Below are positions 44,216-55,459 of a stretch of DNA of 64,000 nt, in pieces. Source of the stretch: Guillardia theta CCMP2712 (lineage: Eukaryota; Protista; Cryptophyta); NCBI RefSeq assembly GCF_000315625.1, contig NW_005434635.1, positions 248,001-312,000 of the forward strand, written 5' to 3'. The notes under the pieces were generated by a model that saw only the letters and a program-made list of their open reading frames with translations, was not told the DNA's origin and ran no database searches. Numbering within the stretch: position 1 is the first letter of the stretch; every line of letters begins with the position of its first letter. Made by a program: the position numbers and the translations under genes.

Positions 44216-44986
44216 TCTTCCTTGATACTCCGATGTTACAAGACCTTGAACACTGAATCAACGGCTTGCAGACAACTCCCCTGTTCAAACAAGCTTCTAG
44301 TATCTTCTTGTTTTCATATAGGTTGCAACTGACCGTCTCCTCTCCTCCTCGTCTTCTGCTGCTTCTCGTCGCCTGCGCTCGGACCCTTTTCAGGCCGACC
44401 TCGTACCTCTTAAACCACCGGAACCGTCGGGCGCCTTATAACTCAAATCTTCAGATCTATGTTATAACTTTGAAGCTGTTGGGTAAATTTTCAAATTTTA
44501 AAATCTCGACTTCTTCAGAAATTCAAGTTCACGGGGAATGGTTTTGAAGAGCACCTCTGCCCCCACCCAAGAAGGCAAAGGTTCTTTTTTTCACAGGGTC
44601 GTTATGACCGTTATGTAGCCGTTTTGGGCAGTTTCAGTTGATTTCTCGGAACATGATCCGAAACAAGTCGTTTTCGCATCTCACTGAAGAATCCCTGCGT
44701 CTCATTAGATCACGCAGAGGGCGCGGAGGTTGGCAGGCCACAACCTAGGGGTCTGAAAGATGTCAAAAGTTAGGGTCCTGGCTGAAGGGACCTGAAAGTC
44801 ACGTTACTCCGACCATGATTAACTGACAAACCCCTGCGGCTCAGTGACACGTTGGTTGTGTGGTAAACAGTCAAAGCCGGGACTCTGATCACCCAGTGAA
44901 TCGGGCCCACTACCGACCGGGGGCCCGGGGCCCGGCCGGATCATATTCCCACCCCGGGCCCGGATCGAATCTTTTTCAAGACAGAC

Positions 44987-46207
44987 ATGATGGGAGGGGA
45001 GATGGGATGGACGATGGCGTCGGTATGTGGCGGAGGGATAATGGGATGGAGGATGATTGTGTTGATATCGAGGACGAGCCTACACGGGTCCTTCTTACCT
45101 CATCTCTCTCCTGCTCTGGTGGGTCTCTCCTCAGGCTACCTTGGACATGTGGCGTTGAAGAGATCGGGTGCCACCAAACGATCCATCAGCCTCATCTGCA
45201 ATACTTCCTTCGCCCTAGGGTTGCTGGCGTCCTCAGCAACAGCAATCATCTACGACAACCACAAGACATTCTTCTGCATGAAAGATGATGGGCATCTTGC
45301 CCTGGGGCTGTTCTTCGGCACGATCACTTTCTATCACCTCTCCGAATTCGTGCTTGCTTGCACATACAACCCGTCGACCGTTTCCATCGATTCATTTCTG
45401 GCGAATCAGGGAAGCTACATGGGAGCTATGTTGTTCGGTATGTCAGAATACTTCATTGGCCACACTTTCTTCCCTGCCAGCAAGGTGAGTGGTGTTGATC
45501 TTGCCCAAGGTGTACGGACGTCCCAGCTCTCCCTAACGCTGCTACCTCGTGCTTCAGGGATGGAGGGCGTGCAGGTTTATTGGACTCGCTGGAGTTCTCT
45601 TCGGTGAATTCTTCCGCAAGGGAGCGCTGATTCAGGCGGGGAGCAACTTCACGCACAAGGTACACGTGGAGCCGATGGCGCTAGCGGTCTTTGACTGATG
45701 GACTCCTCTTGAAGATATCCGACGGAGAGAAGAGGAGCTCGCACACTCTTGTGACTACTGGCCTGTACTCGGTACGAGCATGCTGAGAACCTGCCGACAC
45801 GGCAGCAACCCTGTGCCGCTCACCATATCTGAGTCGAATCTGCAGATATCCAGACATCCGGGATACTTCGGGTGGTTCTACTGGTCGATCTCGACTCAGG
45901 TCTTGACCCCATGAGAAGCTTTCTATGATTGATGGCAAAGACGATGCGCAGGTGCTCCTGTGCAACCCGATCTCCACCATCCTGTACTCTATCGCCTCCT
46001 GGAAATTCTTTCAGTGAGGACGTGGATACGTTGTTGCCCCCGCTGACCTCTTGATGGAAGGGATCGCATCCCCTACGAGGAATATCATCTGTAACTCACT
46101 CTTCTTTTCCTTCTTTCTGCTCTGATGTGCTACGCAGCTGTCGATTTTTCCAAGACTACCCGGCATATCGTGATCGTGTGCCCACGAGAATACCTTTCAT
46201 TCCTTAA
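44987..46207 (+). CDS. ICMT: Isoprenylcysteine carboxyl methyltransferase, multi-exon
   Basis: FYHLSEF..YNP..VSIDSFL, AGSNFTHK, HTLVTTGLYS, RHPGYFGWFYWSISTQ|VLLCNPIS, DRIPYEEYHL, VPTRIPFIP* (TAA ends at 46207). Confidence 0.92.
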
Positions 46208-46281
46208 ATCAGACGACATACTCTCTTCTACCTCCTTGAACCTCTACTGTTAACCTAGAGCATCACTCAGGGACAGTCACA

Positions 46282-46928
46282 TTACAAATCCTGAGGATAA
46301 GTTTTCTGTGTGATCTTGGTCCACTTGTTGTTGTCAGGCCAGCGAATGCCGTCATCCTCCCAGTTTCCAAGGAGATCTTTAGGGCCGCCCTTTGGCGAGA
46401 AGTCAACAAAGATTTTCTTCCCGTCCACCTTCCCTGAACGAGCATCAGGTGCAGCAGCGACGTCAGAGGAAGCTACCGTTCAGTCTCCATGGCTTCTGCA
46501 CATCGGCATTGCCGGCGGAGCAGCCAGGGTTCCCGTCGACTCCCGAGATCTGGAGGGGTTACAGCATCAGAAGGCGGGGGGACCTGAGCCCAACACGGCA
46601 CCTCCGCCTCGTTGTCGTTCTTGGACATGACGTTGCGAGCACATCCGGGATGCTTCGGATCCGAGTAAGAGCCATCGAACGAGAAGGAGTCGTCGGCAAG
46701 AACCGGTCTCTGCAACATGTGTATTGAGCAAAGCGGCAGCACACAGGGAGAGACGTTGCTCACCGAGATCAGTGAGAGCCCTGCGAGGAGGAGGGCAGAT
46801 CTGCGAGAAATCGCGCCATCCATCTGCATAGTGCATGATCTAGTCACCCTCTTTGGTACTGTTGCAGATGGGTTGAAGCAGGTTGCAACCGCAACAAGGC
46901 AGGTTGTGATGGCAATCTTCATCAACAT
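46282..46928 (-). CDS. Small plastid, probably thylakoid-lumen, protein of unknown function, 4 exons
   Basis: Signal peptide ending VATC-F, transit peptide, twin-Arg SRRSALL, hydrophobic core and VLA cleavage site. Mature part: YSDPKHPGCARNV..SGVDGNPGC..VDFSPKGGPKDLLGNW..IRWPDNNKW. Confidence 0.8.
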
Positions 46929-47341
46929 CTGCAAATTCTGATTCAGATTAATGAGCACCAGATGGGTCCTAATTTCATTCTCATGGTCATTACGGTCTCC
47001 ACTGCAAGGCATCGATGCTACAAGTCACTCCCGTCATTGAGCTACGAATCAGGAGCCAGCGCGGATCCTTGGATCCAGTCGCATCCTTGCCTTACAACTG
47101 CTCTCTATCGCACCCTGTGCCTCACAGTCTGGTTCACAAGAGCAGGCGACGGCTTCTCGACCCTCCTGCTCTACTCCTTGCCTCTCCATCGCCTCTCGCC
47201 TCCTCCTCCTCCCTCCTCGCCCAAACCTCCAGTCCTCTGTAGGAGGGGGCCGCGGGTATCCGAAAGTGTATCCACAAAGGTATCCGTGAATATCCGTAAG
47301 TATCCGCCTTTATATCCGTCTCTACGAATCCTTTAGGCAAC

Positions 47342-49140
47342 ATGGCGGTGGACGCTGGAGCAAGACAAGGGAGGAGCGAGGAGGAGAGGAGGGAGAGCAG
47401 GTAACCCGCAGGCAGAAGGAGAGCTGATTTACCTAGAGACTGTCCACCCTCCTCCTCCTCCTCTTGCTCTGGTATGAGTGGGTTGGCGTCGGATGTCGAG
47501 GCCGAGGGGCCTCAGGCGCGCCGTCGGGAAAGGGGGCAGGCGAATGCTGATGTGCAGAAGGTGAGAGAAGCTCTCCTGCTCCCCGGCCATTCAAATCGCT
47601 GATGAGAGACCTGGTCGGGATGGCCTTCTCTGCTCTGACACGACTATGATGCGCTTTCTTGACTTGATGGCTCGATTCTGTACCTTTGATGCAACACTCC
47701 ACGATCGCTTGCCGCTTCCTGACGCCAGCACACAACCCTCCCTCTCCGCTTCTCTGATACATCATGCTCTTTCTCAGATGTACAAGAAAGGTCTCCACGC
47801 ATTCCTGCTGGGCGTCCTGCAGTACTTCAAGTCTGGACATGTATTGCGCAGCCCCGCACTTTCAGGTCCCCGGGAGATGACGAGGTTACCAGGGCCCGGC
47901 ATGGGACTGGAGCGTGATTGCTTCCAAGTTCAAGAGCTCCTGTGACGATCCCAATGCTGCGCCGAGTCCTGCGGTAAGTGGAGCCATTGAGTCCGCAACG
48001 GGCTGACATGAACTACAGGCCCTTCAGAGGGTATGGATATACTTCTCCTTTCGACCAGAAGGAGGCGACGGTGTTTGTCTGGCAGGATTCAACCTTCTTG
48101 TTGACATCAACGACTGTTAGGCTTTCGACTGGCCGATGAGCGCGATGTTTCTATGGATATCTTGCCGAATCCTACAGAATTGAATTCCAAGATTGAGGTG
48201 AAGTGAAAAACGCAGTGTCCTGATAGCTTCTTTGATCAGTGTTTGATTGTGCTTTGCTGCCATCTCTGCTCTTGCTGGGTGTCACTGTGATCGACTCTGC
48301 AGAACATCGTCGACGACGACATTCGTAGAGCTTTGGGACAACTTGCAAACGGTGGTTTCTGCTGGGAACAAAACGAAATTCATGGAGATGGAAATCTCCC
48401 CAAAGGTTGATCCTTGGTGGTTGTGATTTTTTTTTCGCAATGCTAAAGAATGGTTTTCTTGTCTGGCTGTCAGGCCCGTCAAAAAGGCGCTCTGACGAGG
48501 TTTCATTGACATCTCCCATCTCCATCTACTTCGAGGTGCGTCTCTACATGTTCCTCCCCGTCCCCTGACTCCTCCCCAAAAGGATGGGCCGAGGTCAAAC
48601 AAGAAGGCTTTCAACTCAGGTAGATGCGATGCCTCCTCTTGTTCCTGTCACTGCCGAATCTGATCTTGCCTTGTCAAGACGTCAAGGCCAATTTGTCAGC
48701 GAGGGAATCAAGTTATGTATCACAGGACGGGGTGAGATCCTCCTCCCCACTCTTCCCTTCCCCTTCCTCTTCCCCTTCCCCTTGGCCATCCTGTTGCTTC
48801 CTCCTCCTCACTCCAGTATCCCCCCTCCTTCTCTCGCCTCTGCCTTGATGCCGTGGAGGGTCTGAGCAGTGTTCACGGCAGGATGAAAGCTCCTCCTCCT
48901 CCTCCTCCGTCATCCCCTCGACCCCATCGACTCCCAAGTTGTCGATCAATCAGGTTGACTGAGCTCTCCAGGGCATCCTACCTTCCCCTTCCTCCTCCCT
49001 CCCCCTCTAACTCGTTCTTAGAGCATCGCGCTCACCCCCAAGTCAGCCTCTGCGCTCATCTCTTCGGTGAGCTCTTTGAGCCGAGCGCATCTTGACGCCC
49101 CTCTCCTCCCTCCTTTCTCACAGTCAGCCGAGCAGATGGA
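47342..49140 (+). CDS. Hypothetical multi-exon gene
   Basis: ATG 47342 then a CAG|GTAAC donor near 47401 and several short coding-like segments; no domain recognised and the 3' boundary is uncertain. Confidence 0.35.
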
Positions 49141-49539
49141 CAAGATCCCTCCTCAAACCCTCTGCTGACAGCTGAACTCGTCGCGTCCTGATGAGAACTT
49201 GTCGTTTGTGGGCATGTGAGGGCTGGAGGACAGCTGTCGTTGCAGTGTGATCGCGATCAGCCAATGGCTGCTTGCTCGATCGAATGTAATTGAATTTCGT
49301 GTGACCGTCTGATATTACGTGCTGATAATCTATAATTGTGAGTGATACAAGAATGCAACAATACCTCATGAATCGATACACTGTGAGAAGCATTGTGGGG
49401 ACAAAACAAGACACGTGGGGCGTGAAGAGACCTGTAGGGCAGGCTGACAAGGGCTGCATGCATGCTACGAGGAGGCAGGAGGTGATGGTCGGGAAGATGG
49501 TGGGCGCGCCTTTACTTGATGATTCATTTAGTCGCTGCT

Positions 49540-49582
49540 CTTGCTCCTGCTCTTGCTCCCGCGGTGGGCGTATCTGCCACCG

Positions 49583-49620
<38 letters not shown>

Positions 49621-49642
49621 ACTCCTGCTCCTGCTCCTACTG

Positions 49643-49716
<74 letters not shown>
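49540..49716. repeat. (CTCCTG)n microsatellite
   Basis: Tandem array with TACTGC variants like those at 4158-4338. Confidence 0.93.
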
Positions 49717-49718
<2 letters not shown>

Positions 49719-50297
49719 TCCTATCAAAGAGACGGTGAAATTTTGGACGGGTGGGATGGGAGGAAAGAATCTATTAATGGGGTGGGTACAATAATACAGG
49801 GGTACTTAGAAGTAAATGGTACGGGTCATCCAACCATGATGTCTTCAATCTGAGGGTAGTAGGTCAATTAGAGGGTAGTCTTATGCCTACGAAGTGAGGG
49901 GTAGGGTGGATTGTCGCTGTTCCGCGCATGATTCCTATGGCTGTGCAGGCAGTCAAGATGTGAGGAGGGGAGGGAGAGGCAGGGAGGAGGAGAGGAGGAG
50001 GAAGAAGCGGATTGATACTGATGTACATGAGTGGGGAGAATGATGAATGTATGATGAGTACTTGATGCTTGGGAGCGCGAGGAAGGGAATGAAGAGCGGA
50101 GTGGCAAGTGAAAGAGCATGCAGAAGTATAGAAATCACACACCATTGCATTGGAATGTGCTGATATTTCAAAATTCAAGTCCGATGATATAAATCTGTGA
50201 AATGAATCACCATGACATGAAAGCCATCTGTTGTTGTCCTGCTCCTGACTGACGCTAAGACATATTAGGCGACGCGTGGTGCGGCCTTTCACGGCCT

Positions 50298-50504
50298 ATG
50301 TCAAACAACGGATCGCAGGCAGTGGAAGTCGAGGAAGACGAGTTCGAGGAGTTTATGGAGGATGATTGGCCAGTGAACAGGCAGGAGGACACGTCTCTGT
50401 GGGACACCGAGTGGGACAAGGAGGAGGTGGACGAGGCGTTTGCCGCCAAGCTCAACGCAGAGATTCAGCAGAGTGCGAGCAACGCAGCAGCACCAGCAGA
50501 GTGA
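50298..50504 (+). CDS. SEM1: SEM1/DSS1 (proteasome lid, BRCA2 and TREX-2 acidic cofactor)
   Basis: EEDEFEEF..DDW..LWDTEWD..DEAFAAKLNAEI is the DSS1/SEM1 signature; 68 aa. Confidence 0.92.
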   Translation: MSNNGSQAVEVEEDEFEEFMEDDWPVNRQEDTSLWDTEWDKEEVDEAFAAKLNAEIQQSASNAAAPAE

Positions 50505-50542
50505 TCGTGAGGACGCTCTGGTCACCCGCACGCACTGAGAGG

Positions 50543-52471
50543 ATGAAGAATGAATGGAAGGTGCCGCCTGCTGTGCAGGAAATGTGGAGGCACCAGGGGA
50601 GCGTGCCGCAGCTCCCCATCCCCGAGCTCGAGTCTACCGTCGCCAAGTACCTTGTCTCCGTAAGGCCGCTGGTGAGCGACGAGCAGTTTGAGGCCACAGC
50701 CAAGAAGGCGGCGTACTTCCTTGTCAACGGGGACGGGAAGAAGCTGCAGGAGCGGCTCCTGCGCCGCGCTGCTGAGAAGAAAGGATCCAGCTGGCTCATC
50801 GACTGGTGGAACGACCGCGCCTACCTGACGGATCGAGAGCCTGTCGTCTTCTTTGTCTCATACTTCTATTTGCTCAAGCATGCGCCGCTGCCCCTTCCGC
50901 AGTCCCTGTCCTCCATGCTCGACAGGCCCGTGCTGAAGCCATGGAGCGGCCAGTTGTTGTCTGCCTCGGCCCTCGTGCGCACCGTCTGCAGATTCAGAGA
51001 TCAGGTCGTGAGTGGAAGCTTGCAGCCTGACATGATTCGCAATGCTCCTCAGTGCATGGCTGTCTACTCCTTCCTCTTCCATACCTGCAGGATCCCCGGA
51101 TCCCACTGTGACGTCGTTGCCTCCTACCAGCCCGAGCACAACACTCACATCGTCGTTGCTCGGCAAGGACACTTGTTCAAGCTCGAGTTGGGGTCTTTGC
51201 AGGGACTAGGAGATATTCTCGAAGCGCTTGGCAGGATCGTTGAGGAAGCAGATGCTGCGGGAGAGGCTGAGGTCCCGGTGGGCTCCCTCACGTCAGGAGA
51301 ACGAGACGTCTGGGCCAAGTGCCGCACGAGCCTGATGGAGGACAAGAGCAACCGAGCGAGCCTGGAGGCGATAGAGAGCAGCATGTTTCTGGTGTGCCTG
51401 GACCATCTAGAGGAGGCGGGCGTCGTCTCCCGGTCTCGTCAGATGTGGCACGGAGACGGCAAGAACCGTTGGTACGACAAGACCCTGCAGTTCGTCGTGC
51501 TCCCCTGTGGTCAGGTTGGCTTCCTTGGTGAGCACGCGATCAGCGACGGGGCCCCGACGCTCCGACTTTGTGAGTTCGTGGGGGCAAACATGGCGAGGGA
51601 GGTGAGCGCTGGAGAGAGCAAGGGCCGGGGCAGCAAACTGGAGCTGTCCCGACTTGGGTTCAACCTTTCAAGGAGCGTCGTCGAGGCCCATGCTCAGATC
51701 CGAGCTCAGTTTGTGAAGCTTGTGGAGAGCCACGAGGCTTCTCATCTCGTCCTCTCGGGGATGGGTAGGGACGGGATTAAGGCGCTCAAGATGCCGCCCG
51801 ACGCCTTCGTCCAGCTCGCCATCCAGCTCGCCTTCTTCCGCATGCACGGGCGAGTCACGGCCACCTACGAGGCATGCTCCACCCGCCGGTTCCTCCATGG
51901 GAGGACAGAGACGATCCGCTCCTGCTCGCTGGAGGGCAAGCGGTTCGTCGAGGCCATGGCGTCCGGGCTCGACCACAGGACGCAGTACAACTACCTCCAG
52001 GCAGCAGTCAGGAAGCACCAGCAGACCAGTAATGAGTGCTCTAACGCGCGAGGGGTAGACAGGCACCTGCTGGGGCTCCGGCTCAGCCTGCATGAGGGAG
52101 AGGCTATGCCGGAGCTGTTCTCAGACCCTTCCTTCGCCACCAGCAGCTCGTGGGAGCTCAGCACGAGCCACCTCTTCAGCGAGCACCTCCAGTCGTGGGG
52201 CTTCGGGCAGGTCGTTCCTCATGGATTCGGAGTGGGCTACAGCATCAACAGAGCAGAGTCGGTCTTCTTCATCACCTGCCAGAAGCAAGCAGCGGATCGC
52301 TCCTCTCTGCTCTCGCGTGAGATTCAGGTTTCTTTCACCTCCCTCACCGCGACCCCCGTGACCCTCTACGTGCAGAGATCCGTGCAGGACATGCAGAAGC
52401 TCTGCAACCTGTACAGAGGTGAGATAGCCCGTGAAACGTCGTGTTTCTCACGCTTGTCCAGGCATCAGTAA
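50543..52471 (+). CDS. Carnitine O-acyltransferase (choline/carnitine acyltransferase family)
   Basis: VPQLPIPELESTVAKYL, SWLIDWW..AYLTDREP, NRWYDKTLQF, catalytic GEHAISDG, PDAFVQLAIQLAF, TYEACSTRRFLHGRTETIRS, GVDRHLLGL, GFGQVVPHGFGVGY. There are probably small 3' introns. Confidence 0.93.
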   Translation: MKNEWKVPPAVQEMWRHQGSVPQLPIPELESTVAKYLVSVRPLVSDEQFEATAKKAAYFLVNGDGKKLQERLLRRAAEKKGSSWLIDWWNDRAYLTDREPVVFFVSYFYLLKHAPLPLPQSLSSMLDRPVLKPWSGQLLSASALVRTVCRFRDQVVSGSLQPDMIRNAPQCMAVYSFLFHTCRIPGSHCDVVASYQPEHNTHIVVARQGHLFKLELGSLQGLGDILEALGRIVEEADAAGEAEVPVGSLTSGERDVWAKCRTSLMEDKSNRASLEAIESSMFLVCLDHLEEAGVVSRSRQMWHGDGKNRWYDKTLQFVVLPCGQVGFLGEHAISDGAPTLRLCEFVGANMAREVSAGESKGRGSKLELSRLGFNLSRSVVEAHAQIRAQFVKLVESHEASHLVLSGMGRDGIKALKMPPDAFVQLAIQLAFFRMHGRVTATYEACSTRRFLHGRTETIRSCSLEGKRFVEAMASGLDHRTQYNYLQAAVRKHQQTSNECSNARGVDRHLLGLRLSLHEGEAMPELFSDPSFATSSSWELSTSHLFSEHLQSWGFGQVVPHGFGVGYSINRAESVFFITCQKQAADRSSLLSREIQVSFTSLTATPVTLYVQRSVQDMQKLCNLYRGEIARETSCFSRLSRHQ

Positions 52472-52806
52472 CCTGTGAATTTTCGCGCATAAGTGTGAAA
52501 GGATCTTCCCAGATACGAGCGTGATAAATTCTGCTCACAGTAAAAGCTTGCCACAGGATAAATTTGAGAAAGAGCACATTTGTGAACCCTTCCAAAAACA
52601 CATCTCCATGTGATTTGCGAACGGGTCACTTGCGAACACGTTCGAAGGTCACTTACGAACTGAACTCTGAAGAATTCTTTTGGAGAAATTCATTTTAAAA
52701 TCACTGTACATTCCTAGCAACTATGATACAGCGGCTAGCTTCATTGAGGACATTCTCGAGGATGGATGACAGGAGAAGTATACAATAGTCTTGTAGTCAG
52801 CACAGT

Positions 52807-53155
52807 TTACTTCTTGGCCTTCTGCTTGCTCCAGTTCTCAGCCGCCATCTTGAATGCCTTCTTGTGGTCGAGGTCAGGGTTCTCCTTCTTGACTCTGGCG
52901 AGCTCCTCCTTCATGAACATGTTGTAGGGGGAAGCTCCCTTCTTGGTCTTCTCGGACTTCTTGCTGGTCTTGGGCACTGCAGCATCCTCGTCAGATACGA
53001 GCTCTCGCCATGGGGCGCATGCATGGCATCCACGAAAAGCTTTTCGAAAAAGAGATTGAGAGCAAGAGGACGCAGGAGTCAGCAAGGAGAACAAGCGGGG
53101 CACACGGAATCAAGAGGAGAACATTCGGATGCAGTCGAACGTGGAGAATCTTACT
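52807..53155 (-). CDS. 56-aa basic YABBY/HMG-box-like DNA-binding protein, start codon split by an intron
   Basis: A(53155)|intron 53154-52977 (GTAAG..TGCAG)|TG CCC AAG gives MPKTSKKSEKTKKGASPYNMFMKEELARVKKENPDLDHKKAFKMAAENWSKQKAKK. Confidence 0.82.
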
Positions 53156-53193
53156 TGTTCGCTTGTGGTGGGAGAACGCGGGTGTTGCCTGAG

Positions 53194-53383
53194 TTTATAA
53201 GAAGGAGGCGGGGAGGGCGGGAGGGGGGAAGGAGGACGCAGGAGGGGTGGGGGTATATTGAAGAAAAAAAGAATCAAGTCAAGGGGGTGGGGGTGGTCCT
53301 ATGGAAAGGGGGTGGAAGGGACGGAACTGCTGGGCGGGGTCACCCAGAACCCTTGACGAAAAATGACGCATTTGAGATTGGCC
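53194..53383 (-). promoter_or_regulatory. TATA box (TATAAA, about 53194-53199) and CCAAT box (about 53377-53381) of the YABBY-like gene
   Basis: Both motifs are on the minus strand just upstream of the short first exon. Confidence 0.5.
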
Positions 53384-55459
53384 AGCTTAAAAATACTGAG
53401 ATTGTACAAGATTCAATATTTATATCTATTTGTTATTATTATTTTGTATGATTCAGGCGTCTTTCTATAGTATATATAATATATAAAGGTTTTTATTTGA
53501 ATATATATTATTTTGTGATAAGTGGTAGAAATGATTATACAAAAATTTCAAATTTTTCTACCATGACATTAAGTTAATATAGTTTTTTCCTCACAAAAGA
53601 GTAGAACTCACATATAATTGTACAGAAATCCGAACCAATAACTCAGGTCTCGCTCTCCAGTACGCCAACAAAGCTTCCTCCAGGTTGTCGTCTAGGCCTT
53701 GCCTTGTCAGATTTTTTTCCACCCCCACGGACCCCCATTGCTTCTCTCGATTTTCCATCTGGATCGCAAAAAAGAATAGAAGCCAATATGGACACTCAAC
53801 CCCCCCGGCTTACACCGCACTCTTCACCCCCCGCGGTAAAATCAGGGTCCTCTATTGCGCCTGAGAGTTGAGGGGTTACTTGCTGTCTTGTGTACCAAGG
53901 GAGCTGATCAAGGTACTCTTATTTTATATATAAATTAAACTAGCTACTGTGTTTCATCTTAATAGATGTTTTAAATGGAACACAGTAGCAAAACTAAATC
54001 CAGGTGTTATATGAAAAACATTTTGTATAGAGATAGAAGCTGATGTAGGGGAATAGGGGACTATCCTCCAAAATCACAATACCAATACCACCTGCAAATT
54101 GGTACCAGATAATTTTAAGACTTTTTAAGATTCAAAACTTCCTGCCCAGCATGACGGGGTGGGTCCCTAAGCTCACGCTTTGTACTGTGTTCAAGACATG
54201 GTACAAATCTTTATGAACATCAGTACATTTTGATTGATCAAGTGTTTCATTTGTTGTACCAGAATTTTGTACTTTGTTTCAAAATATTAAGGAGTTTTTG
54301 CTTCTGGAAATTACTTATGGTACTGATTATTTCTGCGTATATAACCCTGGTCCCTGGACCCTACCCTTTCGCCCCCCACCCCCTTGCCGATGACCCTTCT
54401 TAGAACCTTCTCGAGGAGCCGATATAGCGTCAGGCACTCCTAAGTACCCCCTACCCCCTCATTTCGATGATATCAATCCACCCTACCCCAACTTTTTAGA
54501 TTAGTCTTTTGTACCCCCAGTTCTCACCTGCCTTCGCACCCATGAAGACTGGAGTTCTCATTCACCCGGTGATTTGCCCGGGGATTCCTGTTTCAGTAAC
54601 CGGTACTCCTCTCAATATGGACGCACTTATGGGCCCCAGAGAGAGAAGGAGAAGGGAACCGGGCTCTCTCTACCACCACCACCCCCTTGATCTATAATCA
54701 CTCGACCAACCCACCCGACTTTGACTAGCCGCAGATGCAACCCTCGGAGCTTGTCACACCCCCAACCCCTGGTTTTTGCCCCTCTTAATTGCAGCGCCCC
54801 TGCAGCTTCCTACCCCTGTCTGTTGAGCCTTGTGAGGATATAGAGTTTCATTCCTCTCTGGAGGTGGGGGTGAAGGAAGCTCTACGTGGGGGTGGAGTTA
54901 AGGTGTGAAGGAAGTTACTGCTTAATGGAGGGGGTAGGGTAGGTTTGACTTTGCCTTTTCCAATCAATGACATCCACCCTACCCTATGCATCCGCTCTTT
55001 GAATATGAAAGTACCGGTAGTGATTATGACCTTCTCTCATCACCCCTTCCAGATGAGGGGTAAATGGTAATAAACAGAGCTGGGGGGTAGTGGTACCCCC
55101 CGCCGAGGTGGTGAAGTACCATTTTCTCATGTTTTGTGGGGTAGTTCATTCGAGGAATCTGCACAGGGTCCTGTTGACGATAGATTACCCCACCCCAAAA
55201 AGAATCTTTCTATTATTCCCCAACTTTTTACCCTTATATGGCTACCTCAGACATCTTTTAAATCTCTCTCAATGCCAAATCCCAAACATGGTACACAAGT
55301 CCTTCCGAATCTAATTGGATACCACCTATCTGCGGACCCGGGCCTGAGCCATCAGGAACTTGGGGAAAAACTTGGTAGGAAGTCATAGCAAATGGTACAG
55401 GCCAATGGTATAGGATCCTAGGACCTAAGCGAAAGGTCAAACACAACCGTAGGGCCGTA

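Noticed and set aside
50366-50542. Upstream extension of the carnitine acyltransferase ORF overlapping SEM1
   Set aside because: It starts at a non-ATG codon in an alternative frame of SEM1 and shows no family similarity.
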